DNA of 64,000 nt, from the NCBI GenBank assembly GCA_964627205.1, contig CAZVHI010000005.1, positions 46,595 through 110,594 on the forward strand, written 5' to 3'. The notes beneath the pieces were generated by a model. The model made no database searches. It was not told the origin of the DNA and saw only the letters and a program-made list of their open reading frames with translations. The stretch is from an uncultured bacterium. GTDB taxonomy: Bacteria > Krumholzibacteriota > Krumholzibacteriia > JACNKJ01. The position numbers and the translations under genes are program-made. Numbering within the stretch: the stretch's first letter is position 1; every line of letters starts with the position of its first letter. This document shows, piece by piece, positions 37,725 to 46,164 of this stretch.

Positions 37725-37765
37725 CCGCCGCGCTCGCACGGAGATCCCAACCCGTCCGGAAGGCC

Positions 37766-38470
37766 ATGCACGAAGACCATCCCATCCTGCAGCTCTACCA
37801 GGAAGACCGTCGCGCCCTCTTCTGCGAGCGGCGACTCGAGGAGATCCCCCGGGCCCTAGACGCCCTGCGCAAGGAGGCCCTGGTGCGCAAGGAGGGCCAG
37901 GATCGCCGCCTCCAGGAGCTGGGCGAGCTGGAGGAGTCCATGCGTCACCTGGAACGAGACGCCCAGTACCAGCGGGAGAAGCTGAAGGGCCGGCAGGATC
38001 AGCAGATGAAAGTCACGACCCTGGATGGTATGCGCGCCGGCGAGCACGAGATCGAGGGGCTGCAGAAGAGCATCGCGGGCCTGGAGGAGCGCGTCTTCGA
38101 GAAGATGGAATCCCAGGAGATCCTCCAGCGGGAGATCCAGCTCCGAGAGTCGGCGGAGATCGACGAGACGGAGAGGCTGCGCCGCGAAGCCGAGGAGCTG
38201 GAGGTGGAGCTGCGCGAGTGCCAGCACGAGCGCGAGAAGGCCGGGCTGCAGAGGGAGCGCCTTCTCGGGGAGATGGACGAGGCCTTGGCCCGTCGCTACC
38301 AACGCATCTTTCAGAACCAGAGCTACGCCACACTGGCTCCCCTGCGGGACGGCGCCTGCAGCGGCTGCGGCGAGAAGCTGCCGCCCCAGCAAGCCCTGGA
38401 GGTCCGCAAAGCCGGTCGCGTCGAGACATGCCAGGGCTGCGGTCGCCTGGTGATGTGGGTCGAGCAGTGA
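37766..38470 (+). CDS. Coiled-coil + C-terminal C4 zinc-ribbon protein (COG1579/DUF164-like).
   Basis: Long heptad-rich middle and a C-terminal CSGCGEKL...CQGCGRLV zinc ribbon. Confidence 0.7.
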   Translation: MHEDHPILQLYQEDRRALFCERRLEEIPRALDALRKEALVRKEGQDRRLQELGELEESMRHLERDAQYQREKLKGRQDQQMKVTTLDGMRAGEHEIEGLQKSIAGLEERVFEKMESQEILQREIQLRESAEIDETERLRREAEELEVELRECQHEREKAGLQRERLLGEMDEALARRYQRIFQNQSYATLAPLRDGACSGCGEKLPPQQALEVRKAGRVETCQGCGRLVMWVEQ

Positions 38471-39114
38471 AGCGGGCGAACCTGGAGCGGCTGCTCCGCT
38501 TCCTGCGCGGAGAGGAGGGCGAACTCGACCTCGAGCCCGCCGCCAGGGAGGAGCTCGCGGACTGGCTGGAGACGCGTCTCCACGCCGAAAGTGGGGAGTC
38601 TTCCCGCGCGAGCAAGGCGAAGAAGCGCAGCCGCGGCGTGGCGGGCAAGGGCGTCGCCGGCGGCCGAGCCACCGCCGGGGCAAAGGCCCGCCAGCGGCGC
38701 GGTTCGCCCCCGGCGGGGGCGGTGGCCCTGCTCTACTGCGACGGGGCCAGTCGGGGCAATCCCGGCCCCGCGGCGCTGGGCTTCGTGGTCAGCATGGACG
38801 GCGAGACGCTCCTCGAGCACGGCGAGACGCTCGGCCGGATGACGAACAACCAGGCCGAGTACCGGGCCATGCTTGCCGGCCTGGAGGCCGTGCGCACGCT
38901 GGGTTTCGAGCGCGTGGAGCTGCGCCTGGACAGCGAGCTGATCGTGCGCCAGCTCGAGGGTCGCTACAAGGTCAAGAACGCGCAGCTGAAACCGCTGTAC
39001 GCGCGGGCCCAGGCGCTGCTCGGCGAGTTCGCCCGCTGGGGCGTGGAGCACGTGCCGCGCGAGGAGAACCACGCCGCGGACGCCCTGGCCAACGAAGCCC
39101 TGGACTCCCTCTGA
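38467..39114 (+). CDS. rnhA: Ribonuclease HI with a roughly 80-aa basic N-terminal extension.
   Basis: LYCDGASRGNPGPAA...NNQAEYRA...NHAADALA catalytic DEDD residues. The GTG start overlaps the upstream stop (GTGA). Strong GC3 bias in the extension supports translation. An alternative GTG at 38722 would give a minimal 130-aa RNase H. Confidence 0.75.
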   Translation: MKRANLERLLRFLRGEEGELDLEPAAREELADWLETRLHAESGESSRASKAKKRSRGVAGKGVAGGRATAGAKARQRRGSPPAGAVALLYCDGASRGNPGPAALGFVVSMDGETLLEHGETLGRMTNNQAEYRAMLAGLEAVRTLGFERVELRLDSELIVRQLEGRYKVKNAQLKPLYARAQALLGEFARWGVEHVPREENHAADALANEALDSL

Positions 39115-39136
39115 ACGGACTCCCTATACTCCAATT

Positions 39137-39486
39137 GGAAGCGGACCGGACGGCCGCGGGCCCTCGGGTCCGAGGAAAGTCCGGGCTCCACAGGGCAGGG
39201 TGCTGGGTAACTCCCAGGGGAAGCGATTCCACGGAAAGTGCCACAGAAAATATACCGCCGGCTCCGGCCGGTAAGGGTGAAAAGGCGAGGTAAGAGCTCA
39301 CCGGGCGCCCGGTGACGGGCGTCGCACGGCAAACCCCACCCGGAGCAAGACCAAGCAGGGAAGACGAGGTGGCCCGCCTCGACCATTCCCGGGTAGGTTG
39401 CTCGAGGCGGCCGGTAACGGTCGCCCTAGATAAATGGCCGTCGCTCCCCGCGGGGAGGACAGAACCCGGCTTACAGGTCCGCTTCC
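39137..39486 (+). ncRNA. rnpB: RNase P RNA (rnpB, bacterial type A).
   Basis: P1 GGAAGCGGACC...GGTCCGCTTCC. P4 halves GAGGAAAGTCCGGGCTCC and ACAGAACCCGGCTTA. GGTAAGGGTGAAAAGGCGAGGTAAGAGCTCACC. A T-run follows. Several track ORFs here are artefacts. Confidence 0.85.
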
Positions 39487-39526
39487 TTTTCTTTTCCGCA
39501 GCGCAACCCCTGCCCACGGAGGACGC

Positions 39527-41305
39527 TTGGATCCCGCCCCCGCCCCCGCCCCTTCCTTCCACCTTCGCGAAGCGGCGCCTCCCGAGGAGAAGAGAAGGCT
39601 CGCGGCGGAGCTGAGCCTGCCGCCGGCCGTGGCCGACCTGGCCTGGCAGCGCGGCATCCGCGGTATGGCGGACTGGGAGGAGTGGACGTCGGTCGACGTC
39701 ACGGAGCAACACGATCCCCACCTCCTGCCCGACATGGACCTGGCCGTCGACCGCCTGCTCTTCGCGCGGGAGCACGGCCAGAAGGTGCTCGTCCACGGCG
39801 ACTACGACGTAGACGGCCTCACCGGCGCCGCGCTGCTCTACCGCGCCCTGCGCGGCCTCGGCCTAGACGCGCAGGCCTTCGTGCCGCACCGCGAGCGCGA
39901 CGGCTACGGTCTCTCGCGGCGCGCGCTCGAACACTCCCGCGAGCGCGGCTGCTCCCTGGTGGTGACGGTCGACTGCGGCTCCTCGGACGGCGAGCTGATC
40001 GAGGAGATGGCACTGGGCGGCCTGGACACCATCGTCACCGACCATCATCTCGCCACGGAGCGGCCGGAGGCGCTGGCCTTCGTGAGCCCGATGCGCAGCG
40101 GCAGCGAATACCCCTTCGAACACCTGGCCGGCAGCGCCATCGCCTACAAGCTGGCCCTCGCGCTGCACGAAGCGCTGGGCCGGCCCCAGGCGCCGGAGAC
40201 CTGGCTGGACTATGTCGCGCTGGGGACCGTGGCCGACGTGATGCCGCTCAAGGGCGAGAACCGCCTCCTGGTCCGGGCCGGCCTGCGGGAGATGAGCCGG
40301 CGGCTCACCGCCCGCAGGGGTTCGCGCGAGGATGTGCACCCCGCGTGGCGCGCGCTGGCCCGCGTGGCGAAGCTGCCGGCGGGCGAGCTCAGCGCCCAGG
40401 ACCTCGCCTTCCGCCTCGCACCGCGGCTCAACGCCCCCGGCCGCCTCGGCAGCGCCCGTCCGTCCCTCGACCTGCTCTGCGCCACGGACGCGGACGAGGT
40501 GGATTCGCTGGCCCGGCGCATCGAGGAGATCAACGAGCGCCGGCGCAAGCTCGAGGGCGTAATCACAGAGGACGCTCGCGAGGCGGCGCGCAGGCGCCTG
40601 GAGCGCGCCGAGCGCGAGAACAGGCACCTCGGCATCCTCGTGCTGGCCGGCGAGGGCTGGCAGCCGGGGGTGCTGGGGATCTCCGCCGCGCGGCTCGTCG
40701 AGGAGTTCGGGCTGCCGGTGCTCCTCATGGGGCTCGAGGCGGACGGCTCGGGCCGGGGCTCGGGCCGGGGCCAGGAGGGGCAGGACATGAAGAAGCTCCT
40801 GGACGGCGCCTGCGCCCACCTCGAGCGCCACGGGGGCCACCGCCGCGCCGTGGGCTTCAACCTGAAGGCCGGCCACTGGGAGAGTTTCTCCCGAGAGCTG
40901 GAGGACTGCCTGCCGGCCCCCGGCGGCGACGGCTCGTGCCGCCTCCTGATGGACGTCGCCGTGAAGGGCTCCGAGCTGAACCGCGACTTCCTCGACGGCC
41001 TCGAGCAGCTCGGCCCCTTCGGCGAGGGCAATCCCGAGCCGCTCCTGCTCCTGCGGCGAGCGGTGCCCACGGACGCGCGCGTGCTCAAGGGCTGTCACCT
41101 GCGCATCGAGTTCCTCGCAGACGATGGCCTGCGCCGCCGAGCCATCGTCTTCGGTCGCGCGGAGCAGCTGCAGGGCCGCGTCGAGCCGGGGGTCGAGACG
41201 GACCTCTGCCTGCGCGTCGCCCGCGACACCTATCAGCGGCGGCCCGGCGAGCACGGCGTCGCCCTGCACCTGGTGGACCTCGGACCGGCGGAGGCGGCGA
41301 GTTGA
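39527..41305 (+). CDS. recJ: Single-stranded-DNA-specific exonuclease RecJ.
   Basis: DHH motifs VHGDYDVDGLTG, DCG and TDHH, plus a DHHA1 domain. The track ORF (39434..) starts inside rnpB. Suggested TTG at 39527, preceded by GGAGGA; an alternative is ATG 39665. Confidence 0.8.
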   Translation: MDPAPAPAPSFHLREAAPPEEKRRLAAELSLPPAVADLAWQRGIRGMADWEEWTSVDVTEQHDPHLLPDMDLAVDRLLFAREHGQKVLVHGDYDVDGLTGAALLYRALRGLGLDAQAFVPHRERDGYGLSRRALEHSRERGCSLVVTVDCGSSDGELIEEMALGGLDTIVTDHHLATERPEALAFVSPMRSGSEYPFEHLAGSAIAYKLALALHEALGRPQAPETWLDYVALGTVADVMPLKGENRLLVRAGLREMSRRLTARRGSREDVHPAWRALARVAKLPAGELSAQDLAFRLAPRLNAPGRLGSARPSLDLLCATDADEVDSLARRIEEINERRRKLEGVITEDAREAARRRLERAERENRHLGILVLAGEGWQPGVLGISAARLVEEFGLPVLLMGLEADGSGRGSGRGQEGQDMKKLLDGACAHLERHGGHRRAVGFNLKAGHWESFSRELEDCLPAPGGDGSCRLLMDVAVKGSELNRDFLDGLEQLGPFGEGNPEPLLLLRRAVPTDARVLKGCHLRIEFLADDGLRRRAIVFGRAEQLQGRVEPGVETDLCLRVARDTYQRRPGEHGVALHLVDLGPAEAAS

Positions 41306-43494
41306 GCGATAAGCTGCCGCAGGTGGATAAGCAGGACGAAGGAGCCCGGCGGGAGCTGTCGGGCCTGCTCGCCAAGGCGCGCCGTCTGTCCCCCCAGATG
41401 CCGATCGACATCATCGAGCGCGCGTTTTGGTCGGCCCGTGAGGCGCACAAGGATCAGAAGCGCCGCTCGGGCGAGCCATACTTCTTGCACGTGCTGGCCG
41501 TGGCCAAGACCTGCGCCGAGATGAACCTCGGCTCCAACGCCGTTGCCGCTGCGCTGCTGCACGACACCGTCGAGGACACGGCCATCAGCGTGGAGATGAT
41601 CCGCCGTGAGTTCAATCCCACGGTGGCGACGCTCGTCGACGGCGTCAGCAAGATCAGCGCGCTTCGTTTCGCGAGCGAGGAGAAGGCCCAGGCGGAGAAC
41701 TTCCGAAAGCTGCTCCTGCACATGAGCAAGGACATCCGCATCCTGCTCATCAAGCTCGCCGACCGCCTGCACAACATGTCCACGCTCGGGTTTCTCGCGC
41801 CGGAGAAACGGCGGCGCATCGCGCGCGAGACCATGGACATCTACGCGCCCCTGGCCAACCGCCTCGGCATCGGTCGTGTCAAGTGGCAGCTCGAGGACCT
41901 CTGCTTCAAGTACCTCGAGTCGGAGCAGTACGAGCGCATTGCAAGCAGCATGGGCATGCGGCGGGAGTCGCGCGACGAGTTCATCGCGGAGATGCGTGAC
42001 CTGGTCCAGCACAGCATGGACGAGAACAACATCGAGTGCGCGGTGCAGGGGCGGGCCAAGCACCTCTACAGCGCCTACCGCAAGATGATCGCCCAGCACC
42101 TGAGCCCCGAGGAGATCTTCGATCTGCTGGCCTTCCGGATCGTCACGGAGTCCGTGGCCGACTGCTACCACGCGCTGGGCGTGATCCACACGCTCTTCAA
42201 GCCCCTGCCGCAGCGCTTCAAGGACTACATCGCCACGCCGAAGCGCAATGGCTACCGCAGCCTGCACACGGCCGTGATCTCCGACGACGGCCGCGTCTTC
42301 GAGGTGCAGATCCGCACCCACGAGATGCACCAGATCGCCGAGTTCGGCATCGCCGCGCACTGGCGCTACAAGGAGGGGGGCGGCGAGCGGGACGACAAGG
42401 AGAGCGCCCGTGACCTGGACTTCCTGCGCACCTTCCTCGACGAGCTGAAGGAGGGCGAGTGGGGGGAGGACCCGTCCGAGTTCATGGCCCACCTCAAGAT
42501 CAACCTCTTCCAGGAGGGGATCTTCGTCTTCACGCCGCGGGGCGACCTGCACAACCTGCCTGCGGGCGCAACGGCGCTGGACTTCGCCTACGCCATCCAC
42601 ACTGCGGTGGGCGACCGCTGCGTCGGCGCCCGTGTGGACGGCAGGATCGTGCCCCTGCGCCGTGAGCTGAAGAGCGGCGAGGTAGTGGAGATCCTCACGC
42701 GCAACGACGCGCGCCCCAGTCGCGACTGGCTGAGCTTCGTCAAGACGAGCAAGGCCATGAGCCGCATCAAGCGGCGCCTCCGGCAGAGCGAACTGGAGCA
42801 ATCGCTGCGCCTTGGCCGCGAACTGCTCGAGCGGGAGTTCAAGAAGCAGCACAAGTCCTATCCCGAGATGGAGGAGTTGAGCCAGGCCGCAGAAGCGCTG
42901 GGCGTGGAGGACGGGGTGCGGATCGTGGAGGGGGTCGGGCGCGGCAACTTCTCCGCCGCCCAGGTCTTCAACCGCATCCACCCGCCCGAGGAGAAGGCGC
43001 CGGAGCTGATCCCCAGCGAGGAGGCCGTCACGCGTATCAGCCGCGACGCGGTGCGGGGCGTGCGCGTGGAAGGCCATGGCAACATGATGATCCGCTTCGC
43101 GGGCTGCTGCTCGCCCGTGCCGGGCGACGCGATCGTCGGTATCGTAACGCGCGGCCGCGGGATCAGCATCCACCGCAACGACTGCATCAACGTGGTGGAC
43201 AACCCGGTGGTCGAGGACCGCATGGTCGCGGTGGAGTGGGACGTGGGGGATCAGGAGAAGTTCCTCGTCGGGCTCTTAGTCAGCGCGGATGACCGGCCGA
43301 ACCTGCTTGTGGACGTCACCGGCAAGATCTCCAAGACCGGCACGAACATCACGAGCGGCAGCTTCGAGCGCGACGAGAAGGAGCTGCTCACGCGCTTCCA
43401 CTTCACGCTCGAGGTTCGGGACACGGCCCAGCTCGAAGAGGTGATGCGCAGCATCAAGTCGGTAAAGGGGGTGCAGGATGTCTCGCGGCGCTGA
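41302..43494 (+). CDS. relA: Bifunctional (p)ppGpp synthetase/hydrolase (RelA/SpoT homolog).
   Basis: HD domain (HDTVEDT), synthetase domain (RSLHTAVISDDGRVFEVQIRT), TGS and ACT domains. TTG at 41302 with GGAGG 7 nt upstream; alternative ATG 41398. Track ORF 39682..43494 is a read-through frame. Confidence 0.85.
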   Translation: MSDKLPQVDKQDEGARRELSGLLAKARRLSPQMPIDIIERAFWSAREAHKDQKRRSGEPYFLHVLAVAKTCAEMNLGSNAVAAALLHDTVEDTAISVEMIRREFNPTVATLVDGVSKISALRFASEEKAQAENFRKLLLHMSKDIRILLIKLADRLHNMSTLGFLAPEKRRRIARETMDIYAPLANRLGIGRVKWQLEDLCFKYLESEQYERIASSMGMRRESRDEFIAEMRDLVQHSMDENNIECAVQGRAKHLYSAYRKMIAQHLSPEEIFDLLAFRIVTESVADCYHALGVIHTLFKPLPQRFKDYIATPKRNGYRSLHTAVISDDGRVFEVQIRTHEMHQIAEFGIAAHWRYKEGGGERDDKESARDLDFLRTFLDELKEGEWGEDPSEFMAHLKINLFQEGIFVFTPRGDLHNLPAGATALDFAYAIHTAVGDRCVGARVDGRIVPLRRELKSGEVVEILTRNDARPSRDWLSFVKTSKAMSRIKRRLRQSELEQSLRLGRELLEREFKKQHKSYPEMEELSQAAEALGVEDGVRIVEGVGRGNFSAAQVFNRIHPPEEKAPELIPSEEAVTRISRDAVRGVRVEGHGNMMIRFAGCCSPVPGDAIVGIVTRGRGISIHRNDCINVVDNPVVEDRMVAVEWDVGDQEKFLVGLLVSADDRPNLLVDVTGKISKTGTNITSGSFERDEKELLTRFHFTLEVRDTAQLEEVMRSIKSVKGVQDVSRR

Positions 43495-43551
43495 GTTGCC
43501 CTGCGCAGCTCGCGGCCTGCGCACTGTTCCGCGCGGATCGGGAGGGCGGCC

Positions 43552-43989
43552 GTGAGGGTCGTGCTGCAGCGCGTGTCCGAGGCGCGGGTGCGCACTGGTG
43601 GGCGGATCGTTGGGGAAATCGGCCCTGGCCTGCTCCTGCTTTGCGCCTTCCAGGAGAGCGACGACGAGGCGACCCTGACCTGGATGGCTGCCAAGTGCGC
43701 TGACCTGCGCGTCTTTCCCGATGACGAGGGCAAGATGAACCGCTCCTGCCGCGAGGTGGGGGGCGCGGTGTTGGCCGTGAGCCAGTTCACGCTCTACGGC
43801 GACTGCCGCAAGGGGCGGCGGCCGAGCTTCGTCGGCTCCGCGCCGGCCGAACAGGCCGAGCATCTCTACGAGCGCTTCCTGCAGATCCTCGTAGACGAGG
43901 GGATGACCGTCGCCTCGGGCGTCTTCCAGGCGATGATGAAGGTGGAGCTGGTCAACGACGGCCCCGTGACCCTGATCCTCGACCACTGA
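43552..43989 (+). CDS. dtd: D-aminoacyl-tRNA deacylase.
   Basis: VLQRVSEARV..., SQFTLYGD and NDGPVTLIL motifs. GTG start. Confidence 0.85.
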   Translation: MRVVLQRVSEARVRTGGRIVGEIGPGLLLLCAFQESDDEATLTWMAAKCADLRVFPDDEGKMNRSCREVGGAVLAVSQFTLYGDCRKGRRPSFVGSAPAEQAEHLYERFLQILVDEGMTVASGVFQAMMKVELVNDGPVTLILDH

Positions 43990-44030
43990 GCGCGCGTTCC
44001 CGAGCGTGCCGTGAGCTTGGAGAGAAACTG

Positions 44031-44684
44031 GTGAATCCCTTCCTGCCGGAGTCCGTGCAAGAGAGGCTCGTGCTCGCCTCTGCGAGCCCGCGGCGACGTG
44101 CGCTCCTGGCCGGCCTCGGCTTCGAGTTCGTGGTGGAGCCAAGCCGATATATCGAGGTGAACGGCGAGGAGGACGATCCTGCGAAAGCCGCGCGGCGGCA
44201 TGCTCTCGGCAAGGCGCGCGAGGTGGCGGCCCGTATCCCCGGCTCGCTGGTGATCGGCGCGGATACGCTGGTGGTCGAGGGCGGACGCTTGATGGGCAAG
44301 CCCGTGGGCGCGGACGAGGCCCGGGCCATGCTGCGCCGTCTGTCGGGCCGAGAGCACGAGGTGCTCACGGGCGTGGCGCTGGCCTGTGCGAGCGCCGCCG
44401 ACGCGGCGCGGGAGACCTTGCGAGAAGCCGGCGCGTCGCGGGAAGTGGTGGAGCTCGCGCGGACCCGTGTGCGCTTCCGCGATCTGGACGAAGCCGAGAT
44501 CGACGCCTACCTCGCCAGCGGCGAGCCCTTCGATAAGGCCGGCGCTTACGGCATCCAGGGCCTGGCGAGCCAGTTCGTGAGCGGCATCGAGGGCTGCTAC
44601 TTCAACGTCATGGGCCTGCCGCTCGAGCTGCTCACGCGCATGCTACGCGCCTGGGCGGAGGGCGAGCCGGGAGGCGGTGTATGA
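44031..44684 (+). CDS. maf: Maf-like nucleoside triphosphate pyrophosphatase / septum formation protein.
   Basis: LVLASASPRRRALL, GADTLV and AGAYGIQG motifs. Confidence 0.85.
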   Translation: MNPFLPESVQERLVLASASPRRRALLAGLGFEFVVEPSRYIEVNGEEDDPAKAARRHALGKAREVAARIPGSLVIGADTLVVEGGRLMGKPVGADEARAMLRRLSGREHEVLTGVALACASAADAARETLREAGASREVVELARTRVRFRDLDEAEIDAYLASGEPFDKAGAYGIQGLASQFVSGIEGCYFNVMGLPLELLTRMLRAWAEGEPGGGV

Positions 44685-45742
44685 GCGGCGAGTTGCCCTT
44701 CGGCCTTCCGCACAACCTGGACTACCGCGGCGGGCGCTTACGCATCCTCGATCAGACGCTCCTGCCCCGGGAGGAGCGCTACGTCGAGGCCACCGACCTG
44801 GAGACGGTGGCAGGCGCGATCGGTGCGCTCCGCGTGCGGGGCGCGCCGGCCATCGGCATCGCGGTGGGCTATGGCCTCTGCGTGGCTCTTGCCGATTTTC
44901 TGCGGCGCGAACCGGGTGCTTCTCTCGGGGCGGCGCGCTCGGAGCTGGTGCGGGTTCGGGAACTTCTTGCCGCCACACGACCGACCGCCGTGAACTTACC
45001 CGCCGCGTTGGCGCGCCTGGAGCGAGTCGAGGCGGAGGTTTGCGCAGACGCTTCGCTGGATGTCCCGGGGCTGCTCGCGGCTATCGAGGTGGCGGCGCGC
45101 GAGCTGCATCTCGAAGAAGCCGACTGCTGCAAGAAGATCGCCGCGGCGGGCCTCGCGCTGCTGCCCGAAGAGGCGACGCTGCTCACCCACTGCAACGCGG
45201 GCCCTCTCGCCACGGGCGGCATCGGCACGGCCCTGGGGATAATACTTCGTGGGCACGAACAAGGGAGGCGCTTCGAGGTCTATGTGGACGAGACGCGGCC
45301 CCTGCTCCAGGGCGCGCGGCTCACGGCCTGGGAGCTCGGCAAGGCGGGCGTGCCCTTCCGGCTCATTCCCGACGGCGCTGCGGCGTCGCTCATCCTGTCC
45401 GGGAAGGTCGACGCTGTGATCGTGGGTGCCGACCGCGTGGCAGCCAACGGCGACACGGCCAACAAGGTGGGCACCCTGCCGCTGGCGCTGGCCTGTGGGC
45501 GCACGGCCGTACCCTTCTACGTGGCCGCGCCCCTTTCGAGCTTCGATCCGGACACCGCCCGCGGCGCGGACATACAAATCGAAGAGCGCGCCGCCGAGGA
45601 GGTGACCCACTTCGCCGGCCAGCTCGTCGCGCCGGAGAGTGCACCCGGGTACAATCCCGCCTTCGACGTCACACCCGGCGAGCTCGTCACCGCCTTCCTC
45701 ACCGAGCGCGGTGCCTTATACCCGCCATATCGATTCCGTTGA
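44681..45742 (+). CDS. mtnA: S-methyl-5-thioribose-1-phosphate isomerase (eIF-2B alpha/beta/delta family, MtnA).
   Basis: LRILDQTLLP...VRGAPAIGIAVGYG...THCNAG...GADRVAANGDTANKVGT. Confidence 0.8.
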   Translation: MSGELPFGLPHNLDYRGGRLRILDQTLLPREERYVEATDLETVAGAIGALRVRGAPAIGIAVGYGLCVALADFLRREPGASLGAARSELVRVRELLAATRPTAVNLPAALARLERVEAEVCADASLDVPGLLAAIEVAARELHLEEADCCKKIAAAGLALLPEEATLLTHCNAGPLATGGIGTALGIILRGHEQGRRFEVYVDETRPLLQGARLTAWELGKAGVPFRLIPDGAAASLILSGKVDAVIVGADRVAANGDTANKVGTLPLALACGRTAVPFYVAAPLSSFDPDTARGADIQIEERAAEEVTHFAGQLVAPESAPGYNPAFDVTPGELVTAFLTERGALYPPYRFR

Positions 45743-46164
45743 TGAATCACTTCAACAGAACGAGATGGGTGTGGTCATGGAGAGTGAAAGCAGAGCGAAT
45801 AAAGCGATCAGCAGGCGCAGACCGAGGAGCGGCTGCGGGCGGGGCTTGGGCATGATCTGTCCTCAAACATTTGAGCAGCATGGAATCCCGACACTGGATC
45901 GGAACGATCGTAGCGGTAACGACGAAACCGAGGTTTCCTTTCCGACATTCTCGTTACTCATATGACTCACGATCTCGCGCAATGATACCACACTGCTGCG
46001 CTTTCCCCATTGGATAGCCAGCTCGATCTTCGCCCGTGTTCGCCAACAGGGTCAATTGCGCTCCGCTCCGTGGGTGGCGTTGACTCCCGCCGGGGCCTGT
46101 GATAGTTTTCCGCCTCAGCGTCAAACCGTTGGAAAACCTGGACCTTCCGCGGAACAAGGAAGTC

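Noticed and set aside
38964-39796. Several overlapping ORFs (both strands) between rnhA and recJ
   Set aside because: They overlie the RNase P RNA gene, and rnpB conserved elements fully explain the region.
39682-43494. 1270-aa plus-strand ORF fusing the recJ region with relA
   Set aside because: Only the 3' portion (from 41302) is the relA frame. The upstream 1.6 kb is an out-of-frame read-through over recJ with Arg/Pro-rich nonsense. recJ is in another frame (39527..41305).
45753-45851. 31-codon minus-strand ORF (MPKPRPQPLLGLRLLIALFALLSL...) in the leader before the TBDR gene
   Set aside because: Too short, with no RBS, and in a low-GC region lacking coding GC3 bias. Kept only as a remark within the leader finding.
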